Positions 19,133 to 25,496 of a stretch of 25,496 nt of DNA are shown piece by piece. Source of the stretch: a virus (taxonomy: Duplodnaviria; Caudoviricetes); IMG/VR virus record IMGVR_UViG_3300016674_000129, positions 1 to 25,496 of that record; one strand, given 5' to 3'. Below the pieces are notes generated by a model. The model ran no database searches and was not told the DNA's origin. It saw only the letters and a program-made list of their open reading frames with translations. The position numbers were made by a program, and so were the translations under genes. Position 1 is the first letter of the stretch; each line of letters opens with the position of its first letter.

Positions 19133-20654
19133 ATTTAATGGTGATAGAAGTAAATTTTTCTTTAACTAGTTTAGCTGCCAACTCTCTTACTGAGGTATTA
19201 ATTAATCTTGAAGGATAGTATCCTTTATGACCTTGTTTTCCTCCAACCTCAAAAGTTGCATAAGGATATCGCATATAGGACATAAAAGCCGTTATCGCGC
19301 CATCACGTGCACGAGAAAGTTGCTCAACCTTTACGGACTCAGCAAACCTACCTGTCTGATATTTTAAATTAGGTCTATGCATATTCTTCTTAATTTGATC
19401 ATGTAACTGCATATTAAGAAGGTTTTGCAAGCTAGTAAGTGAAGTAAACTGCCCTTGTATATTTCTTAGTGCTGGTAACTGAGTTTTTTGCGGCTTTACT
19501 ACTTCCGTCTTACCCTTACTAATTTTAGACTTTGGTAGACTTACATCTACTGATTCTGTTTTTCTAGATTTTTTGGTAGGTACTTTTTTACCAGTTAATT
19601 TTGCTATTACCGCACTCTCAATATTATCTTTTAAAGATGGCGAAAACCTTTCAGAAGTTAGTACTTCACCTATAATTTTATTTTTTATAGTCCTATTTAT
19701 ACCACCTTCAAGTCTAGACCCAAACTCTTTTTGATTTTCAGCTCTATCTTGTATAATAGTTATAATAGCCCCAACTCTATTAAGAGCCGGTGATATAGTT
19801 TTCACCATATCTAATTCAACTATAGTATTACCATATGAGTGTGATTCGGCTAAAGTATCATACTCTTTATCTATTTTTTCTTTTATAATGTTAAAATAGC
19901 CACTATTTGAACTAGATAATCCCTTATAAGACATATTGCGTAAACTCTGTCTAATAACTGATTTTAGCATAGTAGTACTAGTCATTATACTATCTATATC
20001 TTTTGTTACTTTGTAAGATGTATTTAATTCTTCAATAGCTTTATCCCTATCGCCTTTATCTCCAGAGTTATAAAGAGTAATTAGGTGCATAGCTATTCTA
20101 TCTACAACATAGGATATAACTTTAGAAGAGTTTTTACTTTCTGCATATGTTGATAGTAATCCCTTTACCTCATCTATTTTTAGCTGTAAAGGACTTTTAG
20201 CTAGTTTACTACTAGATACTAAGTGACCTATATCAAAACCACCAGATACGGCGAAATCAGATAAAGTTTTATTTATTATAGGAGTAAAAAGATTTTTACC
20301 AGCACTATTATAATTCTTAAATAGTACGCCTATAATACTACGATTATATTCTATTACTATTGGTCCTGCAGAAAGTATTTTAGTAATATCGCTTAAAGCC
20401 ATTTTATTTATTGCTGTAGCAGATAATACTTTGAAACTACTAAGGCGTATTTGCGCTACTAAAGCTTCTTCGAACTCTTTTAGCCTAGGTCCTAATATAT
20501 GTGAGAGAGCTACTTCAAGAACCGACATATCTATAGGTACAAAGTGAGGTCTGCTATCTAATTTTCGTCTAGAAGTTGTTTTTGCAGCATCAAATACTTT
20601 ATGTAGCAATATGCCTAGCCCACTTGTATAATTCTTTTTTGTAGCTCTGCTCAT
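19131..20654 (-). CDS. 507-aa basic protein whose C-terminal region resembles the T5 tail-completion/neck protein (p143-like)
   Basis: C-terminal M..P.LKYQTGRFAESVKV...YM.YPY..F...P.RLI..S.RE.A pattern, recalled from T5-like tail completion proteins. The N-terminal ~370 aa are unassigned. Confidence 0.55.
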   Translation of the reverse strand: MSRATKKNYTSGLGILLHKVFDAAKTTSRRKLDSRPHFVPIDMSVLEVALSHILGPRLKEFEEALVAQIRLSSFKVLSATAINKMALSDITKILSAGPIVIEYNRSIIGVLFKNYNSAGKNLFTPIINKTLSDFAVSGGFDIGHLVSSSKLAKSPLQLKIDEVKGLLSTYAESKNSSKVISYVVDRIAMHLITLYNSGDKGDRDKAIEELNTSYKVTKDIDSIMTSTTMLKSVIRQSLRNMSYKGLSSSNSGYFNIIKEKIDKEYDTLAESHSYGNTIVELDMVKTISPALNRVGAIITIIQDRAENQKEFGSRLEGGINRTIKNKIIGEVLTSERFSPSLKDNIESAVIAKLTGKKVPTKKSRKTESVDVSLPKSKISKGKTEVVKPQKTQLPALRNIQGQFTSLTSLQNLLNMQLHDQIKKNMHRPNLKYQTGRFAESVKVEQLSRARDGAITAFMSYMRYPYATFEVGGKQGHKGYYPSRLINTSVRELAAKLVKEKFTSITIK

Positions 20655-20656
20655 AT

Positions 20657-21340
20657 TTAATTCCTATATGCCATTATAATAGCTTTACACATTTTACTAC
20701 GGACAATATCTTCATCCCTAAACCGTACCACTTCGATACCTTCTAAACCTTCAAGTCTGCGAACAGCGTCTAGAAGTCCGGAATCTTCTCCAATATCTGT
20801 TTGATCTTGGTCACCACTAAGAATAATTTTACAGTTCTTTCCTATTCTAGAAAGTAGCATCTTCATTTCTTCTTTTGTAGCATTTTGGGCTTCATCTACT
20901 AATACTATACAGTTATCAAAAGTTGCTCCACGCATATACCCTAACGGTTTAGGTTCTATATCTTTTGATTTTAATGCATATTCGTAGAAGCCCTTACCTA
21001 AAGACTTAGTAAAAATATTATCGAATGGGTCTAAGAAGGGGGCATACTTTTCTTCTAAAGTACCTGGAAGGAATCCTAAACCTCGACCGGTCTCAATATT
21101 TGGTCTAGTTAGAATAATTTTTTGTATCCTTCTATGGAATAGCTCGCCTGCAGCATATGTAGCTGCTATATAAGTTTTTCCTGTACCTGCTGAACCTATA
21201 CCAAATATAATATCGTTATTTCGTATAGCTTCTAAGTACTCACCTTGTATATAATTGAGAGGTTTTACTTCTCTAAAACCATACTCAACAGGGTTTTGGG
21301 TACCACCCTTACGTGTTCTCTTTCCAGAAGAATTGCCCAT
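20657..21340 (-). CDS. phoH: PhoH-family ATPase
   Basis: GSAGTGKT, RP...LGFLPG..EK, YMRGATF, VDEAQN, SRIG, GD..Q.D, DIVRS. Confidence 0.96.
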   Translation of the reverse strand: MGNSSGKRTRKGGTQNPVEYGFREVKPLNYIQGEYLEAIRNNDIIFGIGSAGTGKTYIAATYAAGELFHRRIQKIILTRPNIETGRGLGFLPGTLEEKYAPFLDPFDNIFTKSLGKGFYEYALKSKDIEPKPLGYMRGATFDNCIVLVDEAQNATKEEMKMLLSRIGKNCKIILSGDQDQTDIGEDSGLLDAVRRLEGLEGIEVVRFRDEDIVRSKMCKAIIMAYRN

Positions 21341-21343
21341 ATG

Positions 21344-21697
21344 CTATCCTAATTGTTTAAAATATGTAACTGCTCTAACTACTGCATCTGCTAATATGGG
21401 TTTATTTATTATCCAGCCATATTTATACATTAAAGAGTAATTAAAGTCATCACTAGTTGAAGTAACAAAAACTATTGGTATATTGTATGGCTCACATAAT
21501 TCAGCAACCGATATACCTGAAGATTTTATTAGTACTAAATCTAAGAGAGCTCCATTAAACTTATATTTTTTTAATAATAATGAAGCTTCTTCATAACTGC
21601 TTGCTACAACCACATCTATCATAGGGTCTATTTTGTGCACTATTTCTTGCAATAGTTTACGCATAGACCTATTATCATCTACTATTAGTATATTCAT
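21344..21697 (-). CDS. Stand-alone response-regulator receiver domain (CheY-like)
   Basis: ILIVDD (D7, D8), LLD (D53 phosphoacceptor), SG, IPIVFVT (T79), NKP (K99, P100). 117 aa with no output domain. Confidence 0.88.
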   Translation of the reverse strand: MNILIVDDNRSMRKLLQEIVHKIDPMIDVVVASSYEEASLLLKKYKFNGALLDLVLIKSSGISVAELCEPYNIPIVFVTSTSDDFNYSLMYKYGWIINKPILADAVVRAVTYFKQLG

Positions 21698-21699
21698 AT

Positions 21700-22776
21700 T
21701 TAGAAACTATATGATATAGATCCTATTAAAGTATTCCATTTAGTTAGGGTTTCAGGAGAACCATATTTAACCCACCCAACACCTTTTCCATAGTGGTATT
21801 CTACGGAAGTAGTAATTCTTTTATAATTATTAGTAATACCTATAAATCTATCTATATTATGTGCATCTTTAGAAATATTATGTCCCAAAGAATACCCTAA
21901 ATAAATTATACTATTATCTATATATTTACCAGCTACTACGTTATAATCAAGAGACTCTTGAAAAGATGTAACATTATTATTTTTACTATAGGTATATGTA
22001 ATACCTTCAGTTACTTCAGTTCTGGCAAACCAAATCTTATTATCATATTGAATACCATATTTAAACAGATCGTATGTCGCTACATTATATACACTTACAT
22101 AATATTGATAAATTGGAGAGGTACTATTACTAGTTTGGTGCGATACATATTTATGTTTAGCAACATAAAAAGACCAATCAGCATTTTCTAGTTTTATAGA
22201 TAAATCAGTATTATCATTACTAGAAGACATATCTATATTTCTGTCGTACCTTTTGAAAGCTTCCATTTGTAAGCTTTTCTCGTCTATTACACCCCTACCA
22301 ATCGCCATTCTAGTAGTTATAAGAACATTATCTAGCTTTTTCTTGAGTATTAGATTATGTCCATCCATAGTCGTGAACGAACCATTATACATTCTATATG
22401 AGTAACCAGCAAATGGTAGTATAGCCATTTGGTAGTCTCCTGGAGATTCTAGTACACCGTTATAGAATGAGTCTACCCTACCAAACCTACCTATTTGATA
22501 TATTATATCAGTATTATATACAGATATAGCTTGCTCTAGTACTAATCTTCTTACAAAAGTACTTGAATCTAGTCCTGCTACTTGTGCCCTTATAGCAGTA
22601 TTTGCTATATCAGCATCCATATTTATAGCTACTACTTTTCTATCATTATGAAATGAGTGGTCTGAAAAAGCGGTATAAAATAAATATCCAGATAAATTAC
22701 CACCATAATCTATAGCATTAGCAGATACACTTACTATTAAAAAACTAATCAGTAATATCAATTTTTTTAATGTCAT
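21700..22776 (-). CDS. Outer-membrane beta-barrel (porin-like) protein
   Basis: Sec signal peptide ending in ANA, Tyr/Gly-rich amphipathic strands, GR...FYN...ILP..Y...DG segment, and a BAM-type C-terminus GSISYSF. Confidence 0.78.
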   Translation of the reverse strand: MTLKKLILLISFLIVSVSANAIDYGGNLSGYLFYTAFSDHSFHNDRKVVAINMDADIANTAIRAQVAGLDSSTFVRRLVLEQAISVYNTDIIYQIGRFGRVDSFYNGVLESPGDYQMAILPFAGYSYRMYNGSFTTMDGHNLILKKKLDNVLITTRMAIGRGVIDEKSLQMEAFKRYDRNIDMSSSNDNTDLSIKLENADWSFYVAKHKYVSHQTSNSTSPIYQYYVSVYNVATYDLFKYGIQYDNKIWFARTEVTEGITYTYSKNNNVTSFQESLDYNVVAGKYIDNSIIYLGYSLGHNISKDAHNIDRFIGITNNYKRITTSVEYHYGKGVGWVKYGSPETLTKWNTLIGSISYSF

Positions 22777-23170
22777 GGTATCCGCCGTTTATTAATAAAG
22801 TCCTAGATGATATATATCCTACAGATCCAGGAGTTATTGCTACTTGCCTTAACATTTCATAGTCTGATCTTACCATACGAAAATAGCTGGCATTACCGCT
22901 ATTAACGTATGTAGTTATAGCGGATTGGAATTGTTGTGGAGATATGCCTAATGTTTGTTTAACAAAACTTATATGGGTAGGATTGTCAAACCCTGAATAG
23001 TATACTGTAATCTTACTACCATCTGACCAAAACCTAGTTTTCATAGTATATATCCAATAAACCTCTATCCTAGGGATAGAGGTTATATTGGGTTCTATGT
23101 TTTTTATAGGTTCTGTGGCTGTTGCAAGTAAGGAGTATATAAGTACTACTAAAGCAATTAAATACTTCAT
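22745..23170 (-). CDS. Small secreted periplasmic-binding-protein-like protein (single-lobe family usually annotated as phosphate ABC substrate-binding)
   Basis: Signal peptide ending in ATA, IYTMKTRFWSDGSKI, H..F....LG, SG, S..EM...VA.TPGSVGYI. Confidence 0.78.
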   Translation of the reverse strand: MKYLIALVVLIYSLLATATEPIKNIEPNITSIPRIEVYWIYTMKTRFWSDGSKITVYYSGFDNPTHISFVKQTLGISPQQFQSAITTYVNSGNASYFRMVRSDYEMLRQVAITPGSVGYISSRTLLINGGYHDIKKIDITD

Positions 23171-23901
23171 TTCCTATTCCTTAAATACTCTAGTTGTCTA
23201 TCTGTGTCCTGCTGCATTTGTGATATTCTCTTTACCTGTTCTTGAGTATCTTTTACAGTAGACTCTAAACTTAGTACCCTATTATCATATATAATATGGT
23301 CTCTTTTATTTAGTTCCATAGACTGTACTATTTGAGTTCTGTCCTTTTCAATACTATCTACCCATCTCCATAGTGTAGTATTAAAAGCTCCGAACACTAG
23401 TACTAGTACTAGCCATGCACCAACACCTCTATTTAGCCATTGCTTGAGTTCTTTCTCAGTATTATCAGCTTTACTAGAGATTTCTTTAGTTGCTTTGTCA
23501 CATTTGGAAGCTACTTCTTTTTGTGCAAGTTCTGTTTCTTTAACTATAAGCTCTAACTTATCTCTACCATGGTCTTGTATTTCCTCTATTCTAGTGTGTA
23601 TTCTAGATACAGAAGCATCAAATTTCTGGAAGTGTTCTCGCTGAGACGTCCTTAATTCAGTAATTTGATCAGATTGTTGTGATGCTTGTTGACCAAGTAC
23701 GGCAACTGACTTTGTTAAATCTACTATCTGGTCTAGTCTGTCTTCCACCTTTTTAAGGTGTGAGATAAAATCTGACTCAGTTTTCTGAATTCTATCTGAC
23801 AATAGGTTAAGTGATTGGGTCAGTAAAGTATGTGCTTCTATTTCTCGTTGCTGTAGGTCATTTCTATTAGTTCTATATGGTTGGTTATTTTGGTTTGACA
23901 T
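23167..23901 (-). CDS. Single-pass membrane protein with long coiled coils on both sides
   Basis: Heptad-rich Q/E/K N-terminal region, WLNRGVGAWLVLVLVFGAF TM segment, C-terminal coiled coil. ATGA overlap with the binding-protein gene. Confidence 0.75.
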   Translation of the reverse strand: MSNQNNQPYRTNRNDLQQREIEAHTLLTQSLNLLSDRIQKTESDFISHLKKVEDRLDQIVDLTKSVAVLGQQASQQSDQITELRTSQREHFQKFDASVSRIHTRIEEIQDHGRDKLELIVKETELAQKEVASKCDKATKEISSKADNTEKELKQWLNRGVGAWLVLVLVFGAFNTTLWRWVDSIEKDRTQIVQSMELNKRDHIIYDNRVLSLESTVKDTQEQVKRISQMQQDTDRQLEYLRNRK

Positions 23902-23910
23902 GATTGGTAC

Positions 23911-24474
23911 CTACTTTAAATATGGTATATACTTTGGACTACGTACTTCTAGCACATCATATACGTGGTGTCTATTTATATCGCACGCAGATCTAGTACC
24001 ATATAGTGGGGTTTTACTTTTCATGCAAAACTTTTCTACATTCCCAAACCATTTCCTATGGTCACAAGAACTTGATAGTTTACATGCGCGTCTTTCAGTA
24101 TCTAAACCACCTATTCCACCATTATACGCTGCATCAGCAAAAGCAAGAGCATCTTCTGTTGATGCTGAGTACCTAATATAATAGCTATAGTTTGATTTAG
24201 ACATTAGTAATAGTGCCCTAATCTGTAAGTCCGGTCTAGCATATATGTTAGACCAACTTAACTCTGAGAGTTCTTTAGGGTATTTAGCTTTTAGTTCTGA
24301 TAATGCATCAAATCTAATACTACCGTCTTGTTTAAAGGCCCTTGTAAGCTGTCCTAACCCAGCCCCTTCTTCACGAGGAGTTCTAAGCCTAGACTTTGGG
24401 TTCCAGCACTTAGTATGGGTTAGACTTAGGCAGCTTTCATGTTCTATTAAAGCTCCAAGGGCTTGGCTTTTGGG
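23911..24474 (-). CDS. Lytic transglycosylase (SLT-like) endolysin domain in the -1 frame relative to the upstream membrane ORF, with no canonical start codon ahead of the catalytic Glu
   Basis: Manual translation of 24474 to 23911 has no internal stop: PKSQALGALIEHESCLSLTHTKCWNPKSRLRTPREEGAGLGQLT...RPDLQIRALLLMSKSN...AAYNGGIG. ES, GLGQ and AYNGG are the three SLT motifs. Confidence 0.85.
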   Translation of the reverse strand, partial: PKSQALGALIEHESCLSLTHTKCWNPKSRLRTPREEGAGLGQLTRAFKQDGSIRFDALSELKAKYPKELSELSWSNIYARPDLQIRALLLMSKSNYSYYIRYSASTEDALAFADAAYNGGIGGLDTERRACKLSSSCDHRKWFGNVEKFCMKSKTPLYGTRSACDINRHHVYDVLEVRSPKYIPYLK

Positions 24475-24869
24475 TGTTCAGGCCACAACCTTATTTGTTC
24501 TTGTTTTAATGTAGGTAAGTGTATTTCAGCATTAGCTGGTATATACGTCTTTACATCTGGTGAAGCATATACTTGGGAACCAAAAAGTCCCAATAAACCA
24601 AATATTACTACACATATACCTAAAAATACTAATCCTGAACCCGTTGCTGTTTCTTTTGCCTTTTTATATACAGAAAATAAATCTATATAGTCAAATAGTG
24701 CTTTTCTAGCTAAATGTGCAAACCATACTGCAATTACTGGTGTAGCTAACTTAGCTATGAATGGTAGTGTTAGACTTCCTTCATTTGGATCACTAATAAA
24801 TAGATACGCGGTTATAATAATAGTGCCGCCTATCATAAACCAGTGTCTGAATCTAAACCATTTACTCAT
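24447..24869 (-). CDS. Three-TM holin-like membrane protein (140 aa), N-terminal part of a possible 319-aa fusion with the SLT domain
   Basis: Basic N-terminus, three hydrophobic segments (about aa 11-25, 33-54 and 79-102), located between the o-spanin and the SLT domain. Confidence 0.7.
   Translation of the reverse strand: MSKWFRFRHWFMIGGTIIITAYLFISDPNEGSLTLPFIAKLATPVIAVWFAHLARKALFDYIDLFSVYKKAKETATGSGLVFLGICVVIFGLLGLFGSQVYASPDVKTYIPANAEIHLPTLKQEQIRLWPEHPKAKPLEL
24468..24474 (-). other. Candidate -1 ribosomal frameshift heptamer C_CCA_AAA
   Basis: X_XXY_YYZ pattern in the correct phase (codons 133-134), lying in the short overlap between the TGA that bounds the -1 frame (24480-24478) and the 0-frame TAA (24449-24447). 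Confidence 0.5.
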
Positions 24870-25137
24870 CTTTATCCTTTATATTGGCTAAAGTCTTAAT
24901 TGTTGATATTGAAGCATTTTGCCTATTAGCACACTGTCCATATAGACCTATTAATTCTATATATCTAATATCTAAGGCATCTGTTGCTTCTGCTTTAGGT
25001 ATAGGCGAGCATTTTTTTAATAACTCCCTATCTATAGGTATTTCTTTTGGAGTTACTACAGAAGTATCTGGCTTTGTACCAAATAGTACGCAGCCAGATA
25101 GCATTATTGGTAACAAAATGGTGTATAAATATTTCAT
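24862..25137 (-). CDS. o-spanin (Rz1-like outer-membrane lipoprotein)
   Basis: Lipobox LSG|C, Pro-containing I...LL..C.PIP segment, Y.QC..R. ATGA overlap with the i-spanin. Confidence 0.8.
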   Translation of the reverse strand: MKYLYTILLPIMLSGCVLFGTKPDTSVVTPKEIPIDRELLKKCSPIPKAEATDALDIRYIELIGLYGQCANRQNASISTIKTLANIKDKDE

Positions 25138-25496
25138 TTTTTACCACCTATATCTGCATTTACTCTATCTATAGCAGCATTAACATCTTTAACATACTGC
25201 TCTGATGTTACACACTTACCATTTTTTATAGTAATATTTGACTGTTTTTTAACCCTAGATAATATACTAGAAATATCTTGTGTTAGGTTTTCATTATTAC
25301 TAATTAGAATATCTGTATTAGATGCTATACTTACTGATAGTTTCTCCAGTTTAGCGTCTATTTGTGATTGATATTCTTTAAATTTTTGCTCACACTCAGC
25401 CTGTGCTTCTAAATAACCAGTCTGCTTTATATGTGAGTATGTAGCTGTCAGTAAGCCTAGCAATAGTAGTATGGATACTACTATTGCTATTAACTT
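25134..25496 (-). CDS. i-spanin (Rz-like), 5' end beyond the window
   Basis: The frame is open to the window edge (KLIAIVVSILLLLGLLTATY, a TM helix), followed by a coiled coil and a C-terminal Cys. Confidence 0.72.
   Translation of the reverse strand, partial: KLIAIVVSILLLLGLLTATYSHIKQTGYLEAQAECEQKFKEYQSQIDAKLEKLSVSIASNTDILISNNENLTQDISSILSRVKKQSNITIKNGKCVTSEQYVKDVNAAIDRVNADIGGKK

Noticed and set aside
23911-24204. 97-aa ORF from the track as a complete stand-alone gene
   Set aside because: It lacks the ES and GLGQ motifs, which are encoded in frame upstream of this ATG. It is the C-terminal part of the SLT domain.
24436-24456. Independent SLT start after the GGAG near 24456-24453 on the minus strand
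   Set aside because: The nearby ATG is in the 0 frame and gives only MKAA*. The in-frame ATA would start three residues before the catalytic Glu and remove its helix.
1-25496. CRISPR arrays, tRNAs or long structured ncRNAs
   Set aside because: The window is almost entirely coding, intergenic gaps are under about 100 nt and explained by promoters or terminators, and I saw no regularly spaced repeats by eye.
19131-25496. Apparent abundance of CTAG and TA-rich words
   Set aside because: It cannot be quantified without computation and is plausibly explained by low GC and CTA/GTA/ATA codon preference.

Overview
AT-rich segment of a lytic tailed phage with a T5-like (Demerecviridae-type) genome organisation; family assignments come from recalled motifs and synteny, not database searches. 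Positions 148-19094 (+) are a T5-type replication block: split NAD+-dependent ligase, D5, a free-standing GIY-YIG endonuclease, DnaB-like helicase, primase, family A polymerase, D10 helicase, D11 SSB, D12/D13 (SbcD/SbcC-like), D14, D15 flap endonuclease and dUTPase, followed by a monomeric class II ribonucleotide reductase. Three near-consensus sigma70 promoters and three intrinsic terminators are visible. A bidirectional terminator at about 19098-19132 separates this block from a tightly packed minus-strand operon. In transcription order it holds an i-spanin, an o-spanin, a 3-TM holin-like ORF, a lytic transglycosylase domain, a single-TM coiled-coil protein, a small periplasmic binding protein, an outer-membrane beta-barrel, a stand-alone receiver domain, PhoH and an extended T5 tail-completion-like protein. 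The two most notable signals are (1) a bacterial-type porin/binding-protein/receiver/PhoH module co-transcribed with the lysis genes and (2) an endolysin whose catalytic domain is reachable only through a -1 shift at an in-frame C_CCA_AAA heptamer, which is either programmed frameshifting or a 1-nt sequence error.
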